64,000 nt of DNA from a virus (lineage: Duplodnaviria > Caudoviricetes), in IMG/VR virus record IMGVR_UViG_3300042935_001404, one strand, 5' to 3'. Below the pieces are notes generated by a model. That model saw nothing but the letters and a program-made list of their open reading frames with translations, ran no database searches and had not been told where the DNA came from. Both the position numbers and the translations under genes were made by a program. Below, piece by piece: positions 56,611 through 64,000 of the stretch. Within the stretch, counting starts at the first letter, position 1, and each line of letters begins with the position of its first letter.

Positions 56611-57579
56611 TTAAAAAGTAGTTTGCCAGTAGGAAGATTCGCTCAGCCACTTGTAGTAATTTTGGAATCCCTCTTCTACATCTACTCGAGGATCATATCC
56701 AAGCACAGTCCTTGCCTTCGTGATATTTAATGCACCTCGACTGGGAAAGTCCGCATCCTTGTCACGACATTCTATTGTTCCTTTGCCAACAATTTTAACA
56801 ATCATTTCTGCGGCTTCTAACAAACTCACTGAATGTGATTTGGTGATGTTGTAGGTCATATTTTTACTCATGATACGAGTTGCGGCAGACACAATGCCGT
56901 CGGCCGCGTCATCTACATAGGTAAAGTCTAACGTCTCCCCTGCCCCATTAACTCGGAGAACGCTGCCTCGCATTGCTGTGAGCATAAATTTTGCAACAAC
57001 TCGGTCCTCCACATCCAAGGGGCCGTATACAGCACTAGGCCTAATAATAGCGTAATCAAAAGCGCCGCGACGATGGTAGTCTTTGACAATGTCTTCTCCT
57101 GTTAATTTTAAGATGCCGTATTGGCCAATGGGTCGGCAATTGTAGTCCTCTTCAACTTGATCTTCAAAGTCGCCATACACCATTGAACTTGAGATGTATA
57201 CCACACGTTCTACATTGTGAGTTTTGGCACTCTCACAAATGTTAATCAACCCCTCCATCATAACTCTAGCACCCCAAGCTGGATTGGCATTTACAACCTT
57301 TTGTCGGGGGAAACTTGCCATGTGTATTACTACTTCTGGCTTGTGCTCAGCCATAACAAAGTCCATGTCACTGGCATCGGTAATATCGTATGGATAAATT
57401 TTGGTGTCTGGCGCAAGTTTTTTCATACGCTCGTGCATTAAATAGTCAATTTCTGATTGTGGAATAATACCATAGTTGGTTTTTGTATCCACAATTACAA
57501 CATTGTCTCCTCGAGCTTGTAAACGTTGTACCACGTTGTGACCAATAAGACCCAGGCCGCCTGTTACTAATATCTTCAT
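56611..57579 (-). CDS. NAD-dependent NDP-sugar epimerase/dehydratase (extended SDR)
   Basis: ILVTGGLGLIG, YISSSMVYG, YGILK (YxxxK), IRPSAVYGP, LDFTYVDD; SD AAGGAA. Confidence 0.95.
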   Translation of the reverse strand: MKILVTGGLGLIGHNVVQRLQARGDNVVIVDTKTNYGIIPQSEIDYLMHERMKKLAPDTKIYPYDITDASDMDFVMAEHKPEVVIHMASFPRQKVVNANPAWGARVMMEGLINICESAKTHNVERVVYISSSMVYGDFEDQVEEDYNCRPIGQYGILKLTGEDIVKDYHRRGAFDYAIIRPSAVYGPLDVEDRVVAKFMLTAMRGSVLRVNGAGETLDFTYVDDAADGIVSAATRIMSKNMTYNITKSHSVSLLEAAEMIVKIVGKGTIECRDKDADFPSRGALNITKARTVLGYDPRVDVEEGFQNYYKWLSESSYWQTTF

Positions 57580-57590
57580 TTCTTTCCTTA

Positions 57591-57941
57591 TTATATTAGA
57601 TGTTGTGCAAGTACCATGCAACTAATCCAGACCCAAATTGTATTAAACCCTACCAAAGTTGGCAATGCTTTTTTATTGCTAGCCCAAATAAGTGTTAGAC
57701 TTGTTGCTAGTGTAAAGAAATACAACCACCAAATAGTAATGCCAAAGATCAAGCCAGGAACAATAATGGTAGCTTTTGCCGCCCAACTTAAAAACTCTAC
57801 AGTATTATAGTCAGTCCAATATTCTTTTGTAAACCACATGCCATAACATTCTTTAATCTTGACAAATGTGATATGTTTGTAGCTGATTAATATCAATACT
57901 GCCCACACAACTGTGCCAGCTAACATTTGATTCTCACTCAT
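57591..57941 (-). CDS. Small integral membrane protein
   Basis: Three to four hydrophobic segments. Confidence 0.65.
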   Translation of the reverse strand: MSENQMLAGTVVWAVLILISYKHITFVKIKECYGMWFTKEYWTDYNTVEFLSWAAKATIIVPGLIFGITIWWLYFFTLATSLTLIWASNKKALPTLVGFNTIWVWISCMVLAQHLI

Positions 57942-58485
57942 ATATTTTTCCTATTATAATTGATCCAATGAACATTCCTATAGCATACTCTGCCCATAGT
58001 AGTAAACTATCCGTCATATTATCCCATTGTGCGTAGCTAATCCAGTAACCGGCCATAATACAAGCAGGCAATAAGCTAGACATTCCTGCAATCATAACAA
58101 TGATGTTGATACGGGTTGCATGATCCCAAAAGTAATTTAATGCCATTCCAAGTCCAATGGCTATTATAAAATCTGTTGTTGATGGCACAAAATTTTTAGT
58201 GAGCTCTGTGGCCAACACAACCGGAAACTGATAAAAATACAACCATCCGACTACAATCAAAATTGACACGTATAGAATTAAATGTATTAAATTTTTTATG
58301 TTGTTTCTAACAGCACAAATTACAACTGCCATTGGAAATCCGACTTTGCTAGCAAATACCAACAGCAAGGTATTATTAACAAACCCCCAACAACATCCGA
58401 TACCACACAATATACACAGCAATATCTTGGAAGTCAACGACAAGTCGTCAAGTACCGTGAATTTCATGTTTTCTTTAAACTCCAT
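57934..58485 (-). CDS. Multi-pass membrane protein, DUF389-like
   Basis: About five TM segments; TELTKNFVPSTTDFIIAIGLGMA and IAGMSSLLPACIMAG resemble DUF389 motifs. Exact start uncertain. Confidence 0.5.
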   Translation of the reverse strand: MEFKENMKFTVLDDLSLTSKILLCILCGIGCCWGFVNNTLLLVFASKVGFPMAVVICAVRNNIKNLIHLILYVSILIVVGWLYFYQFPVVLATELTKNFVPSTTDFIIAIGLGMALNYFWDHATRINIIVMIAGMSSLLPACIMAGYWISYAQWDNMTDSLLLWAEYAIGMFIGSIIIGKIYE

Positions 58486-58799
58486 TTTAGTGTCCAAAAA
58501 GTTTCGTGTTGTTCGCTAAGTCTGGCCATGATACGATACAGGTGTCCGTAACTAGACATATCTGCTTGGCGAGTCCAGTAAGGTTTCTCCACAGCATGTT
58601 CCATGATAAATTTACCAGCATCGCTTTGCTGCCATTTCCATATGGGATCGGCTACCATGATGTCAGGATCTTCTACATCACCCATGCGTATCTCATGAAC
58701 ACACACGTCACGAAACTTTACGGCCCGGTCATTGATAATTTTGACCTGTTCAGGTTGCCAGTGTTTGTATTCGTCTGGATAAGTGCTTGTTATTGCCAT
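58464..58799 (-). CDS. Hypothetical protein (111 aa)
   Basis: ORF with its own promoter; VHEIRMGDVEDPDI...WQQSDAGKFIMEH. Confidence 0.7.
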   Translation of the reverse strand: MAITSTYPDEYKHWQPEQVKIINDRAVKFRDVCVHEIRMGDVEDPDIMVADPIWKWQQSDAGKFIMEHAVEKPYWTRQADMSSYGHLYRIMARLSEQHETFWTLKWSLKKT

Positions 58800-58804
58800 A
58801 CACT

Positions 58805-58833
58805 AGTATAGCATGAGGATTAGTTTTTAGCAA
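58805..58833 (-). promoter_or_regulatory. Sigma70-like promoter TTGCTA-N17-TATACT
   Basis: -10 element ends 5 nt before the ATG at 58799. Confidence 0.6.
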
Positions 58834-59512
58834 CCAAGTCGGCTGCCATTGGAAAGATTGCTGTAATGGCTAGAGCGCAAGCTCTTGCAATTTCCATGTG
58901 CTCTTTTTGTGTGCCATTGGCCGCACGTAGTTCAATGTAATGAATCCATGAACGTAGTGTACCATTCATGTACATACGGCTAATGGTAAGGCCTTCTGGT
59001 AGAACAGCACGGGCCTGTTCTTTGGCAATGCCATTTTTAATTGCCCAAGAGTATTCTTGTTTGACACTAAACAGCACACGCCGCTGAGCACGTTCCCATT
59101 CAAATGCAATTAACCGTTGCTGTTCATCTGACAGATCTAGTTCTACACTGTTCTGACGATTCCGTGTGTCTTGGAATCGTGCTTCACGCAGAACGAACGC
59201 TTCGTCGAGTTCTTGTGTAGGATCAGCATAACGCTGAGAGAACTCTTGAAAACTAAAACTACGATGACGTAAGATCTGTCTTGCAATATCACGTGTGGTT
59301 GTAATTTCCATACAGGCCGAAACCATTTCCAGTGGGCTCCAATGTTGGTGTCGAACTAGATACTTGATTAGTCGTTCGCTTGTTTCTGTGTTTAACTGAT
59401 TGGCAGGATTGCTGACACGGGCGCAATACGCAATTAGTTCTTGCGCATCTGCAACACCCTGGTCAGCAAACTCCGTAGTCGGCTGACTGTACGATACGAG
59501 TTGAATTTTCAT
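58820..59512 (-). CDS. thyX: FAD-dependent thymidylate synthase
   Basis: HWSPLE, RQILRHRSFSFQEFSQRY (ThyX motif), ARAVLPEG, TQKEH. Confidence 0.95.
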   Translation of the reverse strand: MKIQLVSYSQPTTEFADQGVADAQELIAYCARVSNPANQLNTETSERLIKYLVRHQHWSPLEMVSACMEITTTRDIARQILRHRSFSFQEFSQRYADPTQELDEAFVLREARFQDTRNRQNSVELDLSDEQQRLIAFEWERAQRRVLFSVKQEYSWAIKNGIAKEQARAVLPEGLTISRMYMNGTLRSWIHYIELRAANGTQKEHMEIARACALAITAIFPMAADLVAKN

Positions 59513-60198
59513 TTTTGTTTTGGTAAAGTTGTCCAGGAAACAATGGCTCTTTTGTATTTAAGTCCATTGGCCAGAAAGTTGTCACTGGTGTGAAATTTTT
59601 TGCGGCTTGCGGCAAATAATGATCCCTTGGTCCAAGGAAAAATCTTTTCAATACTGAACCATTGGAAATCTCCCATTGGGATATGTGAAAAATATTTTTG
59701 TCGGGTTTCTTCAGTGATGTGATACTTGCCAGGTTGTTTCAATGGATGTGCATCCATGTAGTCTTGCGGAATATTGTTTTCGCTTTCCTGTTCAAACACA
59801 ATAGTATTGCTATCAAATGTATCCAATGGGATAATGAAAGTCCATGCAGGATCTGAATCAACTGGATTTGCTCTTAAATTTGAATGATCGTAATCAGTGT
59901 GTATGTTGTAAGGATTTACTGAATTGAATATGTGAATCTGTTGCATAAACAAATCAGCACCAAAGTGCTCGGCAAACTTTGGTGCTAAAATGTCATGAAT
60001 TATTTTGTTATCTTGATTGTAGAAATCAAAATTGTAATAATTAGCGTACAAATATTTTTCACCAGGTTTACCACGAGGATGATCGCCTTCGTGATAACTA
60101 TCGACCGGATCAACTGTAGTCATAACAAATTTTTCAATTGTTTCAACTTCTTTGTCAGACAGAAAATTATCAATAACTCTGGTATCAATATTTCGCAT
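59509..60198 (-). CDS. 2OG-Fe(II) oxygenase-like protein
   Basis: NIHTD (HxD), WTFIIPL, distal FHTS, KRAIV. Confidence 0.55.
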   Translation of the reverse strand: MRNIDTRVIDNFLSDKEVETIEKFVMTTVDPVDSYHEGDHPRGKPGEKYLYANYYNFDFYNQDNKIIHDILAPKFAEHFGADLFMQQIHIFNSVNPYNIHTDYDHSNLRANPVDSDPAWTFIIPLDTFDSNTIVFEQESENNIPQDYMDAHPLKQPGKYHITEETRQKYFSHIPMGDFQWFSIEKIFPWTKGSLFAASRKKFHTSDNFLANGLKYKRAIVSWTTLPKQK

Positions 60199-60203
60199 AC
60201 AAA

Positions 60204-60211
60204 TATTTATA
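60204..60211 (-). promoter_or_regulatory. Perfect T4 late promoter TATAAATA, overlapping the upstream stop codon
   Basis: TATTTATA on the + strand; 5 nt before the ATG at 60198. Confidence 0.75.
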
Positions 60212-60509
60212 ACCCATTTAGAATTTTATTAGTTTCGGGTTGAACAAGATTGGCCACAGCACCAACATCTACCACAAAGTCTATGTCGCGAATTTCGTCA
60301 TCTAATTCTGCAAGGGTACGAGTCAACATCACCTCAATCTCATCCACACTCATACCTTGCTTTTGCAGTGTAGACAAGTTAAACGTCTTCTGACGACCGC
60401 CGTGAAATTTAAGAATTACTTTCTTGATACATTCTAACGGTACATCAGTTTTGGATACGTCGGCAATAATGTGTTCCCAAGCAGTCAGGAAGTCTTTATT
60501 GTGTTCCAT
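60207..60509 (-). CDS. Hypothetical protein (100 aa)
   Basis: ATG at 60509 overlaps the end of the upstream gene. Confidence 0.7.
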   Translation of the reverse strand: MEHNKDFLTAWEHIIADVSKTDVPLECIKKVILKFHGGRQKTFNLSTLQKQGMSVDEIEVMLTRTLAELDDEIRDIDFVVDVGAVANLVQPETNKILNGL

Positions 60510-61245
60510 CGGCAACAGCAGTCTTAACTTTGTTAGGGCCACGTGTGCGTTTTGCAGGCACAGCCGGCTCGGTTGCTACTGGTTTGCTTTTGCTTGGGCG
60601 ACTAACTGTGGGATCCATGCGTTCAGCATCTTTCTTCATACGTGCCGCTTCTGCGATCATTGACTTGGCATTTGCTTCCATTACCTGTGCTTGTGACAAC
60701 ATGTTGGCAGCAATGTCGCGATCAGTCAACGCACCACCTTCACCGGCTCGCAGTACTGGAGGAGCAACATAACCAGGTGCTGACTTGGCAGCCTGTCCGG
60801 CTTTGTATTCTGCTTCTGCTTTGCGTTTGACTTCTGGCGCTACCATTCCGCGGCTGGCATCATTTTGTGCCATACGCTTGATGGCTTCTTCGCCTTGCTT
60901 CATTTCATTCAACATCTTGTTGAGTTCATCTAGGCGAATTCTTGCATCGCCGGAAGGTGTAACAATGATGTCACTAGAACGTACCTTCTTGATCATGCGC
61001 TCTTGGTGCAGAGTTTCCAAGATAGGACGACCATCTGGGAAGTAACTGCGATGTAGCGCATCGGCAAATTCTTCTGCTGATTGACCAATTGTACTTTCCA
61101 ATACCTTTTGCACAGAATCTTGCCAGTGTGCCTGTAGCGTTTCGGGATAGACAACTAGACTCATGTGATCTTCTCCGGGTACCTGACGGAACAAAATGCA
61201 GACCTTACGGTCACCGTGTTTACCAACGTGTTTCATAAATGCCAT
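60496..61245 (-). CDS. Hypothetical protein (249 aa)
   Basis: GGAG SD; globular N-terminal half, coiled-coil segment and basic tail. Confidence 0.75.
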   Translation of the reverse strand: MAFMKHVGKHGDRKVCILFRQVPGEDHMSLVVYPETLQAHWQDSVQKVLESTIGQSAEEFADALHRSYFPDGRPILETLHQERMIKKVRSSDIIVTPSGDARIRLDELNKMLNEMKQGEEAIKRMAQNDASRGMVAPEVKRKAEAEYKAGQAAKSAPGYVAPPVLRAGEGGALTDRDIAANMLSQAQVMEANAKSMIAEAARMKKDAERMDPTVSRPSKSKPVATEPAVPAKRTRGPNKVKTAVADGTQ

Positions 61246-61247
61246 TG

Positions 61248-61451
61248 TTACTCTCCTTGTGTGTTACTGGCCGCAGATTCTTCCTGGGCCTTGGCTTGTG
61301 CTACTACTGCTTCAAGGAAACTGGTTAGTTTGTTGTAAACTTCTCCAATCTCCTTCATTTCTGCGGCACGGAAGGCACCGCGTGTGCTTGCTAAGTCAAC
61401 GATATCTTTTAACAGATTTAAATCGGCGATAGTAATTTCTTTGTTTTCCAT
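61248..61451 (-). CDS. Hypothetical protein (67 aa)
   Basis: Late promoter directly upstream; IVDLASTRGAFRAAEM. Confidence 0.7.
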   Translation of the reverse strand: MENKEITIADLNLLKDIVDLASTRGAFRAAEMKEIGEVYNKLTSFLEAVVAQAKAQEESAASNTQGE

Positions 61452-61456
61452 ATAGA

Positions 61457-61462
61457 TATTTA
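61457..61462 (-). promoter_or_regulatory. T4-type late promoter core TAAATA
   Basis: 5 nt before the ATG at 61451. Confidence 0.6.
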
Positions 61463-61549
61463 ATAAAAAAATGTGCAGTGCAAAAGTTTTTTACTGTGGA
61501 TTACACTCAAAACTGGTCACTTAGGACAAATTGATCATCCTAAACTAGA

Positions 61550-61783
61550 TTAAAATTCTACCAATTGCTTTACATCTTTTGTTGGAACCCACATGACATT
61601 GTGAATGTCTTGTTTGACTTTTACCGGAAGATCAGCATGCACCAACACACGTTTTTCCTGTTCTCTTACTACAGTACCGATAAATGGCACTCCAGCAAAA
61701 CGTCCAAATACTCTGGATCCAAGATCAAACTTTGACCCTGGAGCATCTTTGTTTTTGTTGGCAAAGTATTCGGCGTAGCCCAT
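61550..61783 (-). CDS. Hypothetical protein (77 aa; possible SH3/KOW-like beta barrel)
   Basis: FDLGSRVFG...FIGTVV; TAATG coupling. Confidence 0.6.
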   Translation of the reverse strand: MGYAEYFANKNKDAPGSKFDLGSRVFGRFAGVPFIGTVVREQEKRVLVHADLPVKVKQDIHNVMWVPTKDVKQLVEF

Positions 61784-62010
61784 TATTCAAAATGCTCTTT
61801 TAATGTTTTTACACTTTCACTAATTGTGCATTTAACAATGCCTTGTTGGAATGTGGTCATGGCACAATGCATAGGTGTTGCATCTACAACTTGAATGCAT
61901 TCTTCAATTAACAATTCTGCAAATTTTTCCAATGGAATATACACATCGTCGGGTAAGTTGTCTATTTTTAATCCTGCCTGCAATGCAAGATCGTGTAGTT
62001 TTTGTTTCAT
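61783..62010 (-). CDS. Hypothetical protein (75 aa)
   Basis: TAATG coupling on both sides; LEKFAELLIEEC. Confidence 0.65.
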   Translation of the reverse strand: MKQKLHDLALQAGLKIDNLPDDVYIPLEKFAELLIEECIQVVDATPMHCAMTTFQQGIVKCTISESVKTLKEHFE

Positions 62011-62330
62011 TATTTAACTCCAAATTCTTGTTCCAGGTCTCCATCATTATAAAAGAAACCTTGTCCTTGATCGTATTTGTTCTGTGCCAGTTGTTCAAAT
62101 GTTTCTCCGTCGTAAAATTTCTCAATGACCATACGCCATCGTTCTTCAGGATAATCAATTAGTTCAAATTCGTCAACTCGGCCGTAGCCGTCATAGGTGC
62201 CACGTACACGATCGCCGTTCTTAAACAGCACAACAACACCCGAAGCAAATGCCCAAGGTGTGTTTCTTACTGCAACCTCTGCCATTACAGGCTTGTCTGA
62301 TTTGGCACAACGCCAACTGAAGAATCCCAT
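62010..62330 (-). CDS. Hypothetical protein (106 aa)
   Basis: ATG at 62330 just after the vWA gene stop; MGFFSWRCAKS...GTYDGYGRV. Confidence 0.65.
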   Translation of the reverse strand: MGFFSWRCAKSDKPVMAEVAVRNTPWAFASGVVVLFKNGDRVRGTYDGYGRVDEFELIDYPEERWRMVIEKFYDGETFEQLAQNKYDQGQGFFYNDGDLEQEFGVK

Positions 62331-62334
62331 TTTA

Positions 62335-63642
62335 TTATGCCTCTTCATCTTCACCATAGTAGGCATATTGCCCGAATGGTGGAACAATAGATCTGGTACC
62401 GTGCAAGATGAACACTGTTTCTGTATAGTTTTCGTCGCCCCAACTACCAAATGGGTATCCGTCTGTAAACATAACCAATCTCTTGGGCTCAATTTCGTTG
62501 TGTTTCAAGTACTGGTACACGCAATCGAAGTCTGTGCCGCCGCCACCTGCTGGCTCGTAGTCACAAATGGTATCCAAGTTGTCACTATCGTATTGCACAG
62601 GATTGTAAGTCTCTGTATCAAAGCTAACCACATGGATCTTGTATGCCGGGAACGATTCCATAATGCCTTGGATCTCACTTAAGAAGTCCTTTAACATGGC
62701 CTCGCCAATAGAACCCGATGTGTCGATTGCCACTGCAATATCGATCATGGGCTCCAGCTTCATACCAGGCATAATAGCATCCATGTCCCAACCTTTACGG
62801 CCGGTTCGCATCCAGGTGTAGTCACTCTTAATAGTGCTTTCTAACTGCATACGGAGCAGTTCGCGCCAGTTCATTTTGGGCTCAGTCAAGTCCTTTAAGA
62901 TACGACGAACACCTGCGGGCAAGTTACCTGCGCCATCTGCGTCTGCGGCCACAGCCGACAACATAGCTTCTTTAATCTCGTCTTTAATTTGCTGACGATC
63001 CTCGGCACTTAACTTGGGACGACCCTTGCCTTTTTTGTCGCCTTCTTCGCCTTCCTCACCAGAGCCGCCACTGTCGTCATCACCCTCACCATCCAAGTGC
63101 TCGTCAATCATCTGTTCCATCAATTTGCCAATGTCGATTTTGTCTGCTTTTTCATACAAGATATCGTACACTTCCTCGGCACATAGGCCTTCATACTTTT
63201 TGTCGTACAAGCAAGGAACACTGGTAATGAACTCGCCGACACCGTGCTTCTTCAAGTCCCCGTTCACACAATAGTCGTCTGCAATATTCCACAACATGGG
63301 ATCCCGCTCACCTCTGCGTCCAAAGTGGTCATACACACAATGCAACACCTCGTGCCCAAACAGGAACTCTACTTCTTTGGGCTTCAGCAGTTTAATAAAC
63401 TTGCAATTATAATAAAAATTACGGCCATCTGTTGCGGCAGTAGGGCACCATTCGTCTGCGTTGACAAGCTTCAACCGAGTTGCCAAGTTACCAAAGAAAC
63501 TGGCCTTAAGCAACAGGCCCACACGGGCAGTGGTCAAAATTTCTCGTACTTCTCGATCCAGTTTAGGATCCATTTTACCTACGAGATCTTTAAACTTGTC
63601 GTTTTCTTTAGAATCTGCGGTAGTACCTTTTTTGGCGCTCAT
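62335..63642 (-). CDS. Putative metallopeptidase-vWA domain protein (DUF2201-like)
   Basis: PTAATDG, GHEVLH (HExxH), acidic/Gly linker, VAIDTSGSI (MIDAS), GGGGTDF, MFTDGY. Confidence 0.85.
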   Translation of the reverse strand: MSAKKGTTADSKENDKFKDLVGKMDPKLDREVREILTTARVGLLLKASFFGNLATRLKLVNADEWCPTAATDGRNFYYNCKFIKLLKPKEVEFLFGHEVLHCVYDHFGRRGERDPMLWNIADDYCVNGDLKKHGVGEFITSVPCLYDKKYEGLCAEEVYDILYEKADKIDIGKLMEQMIDEHLDGEGDDDSGGSGEEGEEGDKKGKGRPKLSAEDRQQIKDEIKEAMLSAVAADADGAGNLPAGVRRILKDLTEPKMNWRELLRMQLESTIKSDYTWMRTGRKGWDMDAIMPGMKLEPMIDIAVAIDTSGSIGEAMLKDFLSEIQGIMESFPAYKIHVVSFDTETYNPVQYDSDNLDTICDYEPAGGGGTDFDCVYQYLKHNEIEPKRLVMFTDGYPFGSWGDENYTETVFILHGTRSIVPPFGQYAYYGEDEEA

Positions 63643-63669
63643 AACATTCCTTTTGTTGCTTATGTATGT

Positions 63670-63698
63670 ATTATAGCAGAATATGCATTATTCGTCAA
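63670..63698 (-). promoter_or_regulatory. Strong sigma70 (early-type) promoter TTGACG-N17-TATAAT
   Basis: Near-consensus elements with 17-nt spacer, followed by AAGGAA SD before the ATG at 63642. Confidence 0.85.
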
Positions 63699-63700
63699 GC

Positions 63701-64000
63701 TCAAACAGTGTTAGGATGACTCAACATAAACCAATTTAGTTCTTTGTCTGTGGCCACATAGATTCTATAATCATTGTACCGAGCACTGTATGCCCACAAA
63801 GGATTGACGTCATCCGGCTCAAACAGCAGGGGATTGGCACTACCGCTTTTGATCATGGCAACACGGGTTTCAACATCTTGGCTCCATCCGAATGTCTTAT
63901 TAAACCATTTCCGACCATGATCAAAATCTAACACACCTGTGCCTTTCCAGTGTGCCTTTGAGAATTCAATCATGTACTGAAAATATTCTTTTTGACTGTA
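63701..64000 (-). CDS. Hypothetical protein, probably 5'-truncated by window edge
   Basis: The frame is open from 64000 through the ATG at 63973 to the TGA at 63701. Confidence 0.6.
   Translation of the reverse strand, partial: YSQKEYFQYMIEFSKAHWKGTGVLDFDHGRKWFNKTFGWSQDVETRVAMIKSGSANPLLFEPDDVNPLWAYSARYNDYRIYVATDKELNWFMLSHPNTV

Noticed and set aside
58820-59512. ThyX as a DNA base-hypermodification enzyme linked to the carbamoyltransferase
   Set aside because: It has the canonical ThyX motif; known hydroxymethyl-pyrimidine pathways use ThyA-like enzymes, and none is seen here.
61463-61549. Intergenic stretch with a TTAGGA/TCCTAA inverted repeat, considered as ncRNA or terminator
   Set aside because: The stem is only 6 bp with an 11-nt loop and no adjacent U-tract; no tRNA or riboswitch features.
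62331-62492. Longer 160-aa version of the 62010 ORF given in the track
   Set aside because: The extension overlaps the vWA gene; the ATG at 62330 just after the vWA stop is the more plausible start.

Overview
This is a gene-dense segment of a large T4-like (contractile-tailed, probably jumbo) phage genome, with about 55 CDS in standard code and no tRNA, CRISPR array or mobile element seen. 1-29.9 kb (+ strand) is a baseplate/tail module: tube-initiator-like, gp53-, gp27-, gp5-, gp25- and gp6-like genes, a 4,841-aa giant wedge/adhesin protein and fibre proteins. It carries T4-type late promoters (TAAATA/TATAAATA) and ends at an intrinsic terminator. 30-57.6 kb is an unusually large small-molecule/glycan-tailoring island: eight radical-SAM enzymes with N-terminal Twitch/SPASM-like Cys domains, about seven glycosyltransferase-like proteins, two SGNH-fold proteins, a NodU/CmcH carbamoyltransferase, an amidinotransferase, a DegT aminotransferase, an NDP-sugar epimerase/dehydratase and a cysteine-hydrolase-like protein. 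57.6-64 kb (- strand) holds membrane proteins, ThyX, a 2OG-Fe(II) oxygenase-like protein, a metallopeptidase-vWA protein and hypotheticals. The best candidate for an undescribed system is the enzyme island, which looks like a phage-encoded aminosugar/aminocyclitol-type pathway. All family calls come from motifs recognised by eye; no database search was run.
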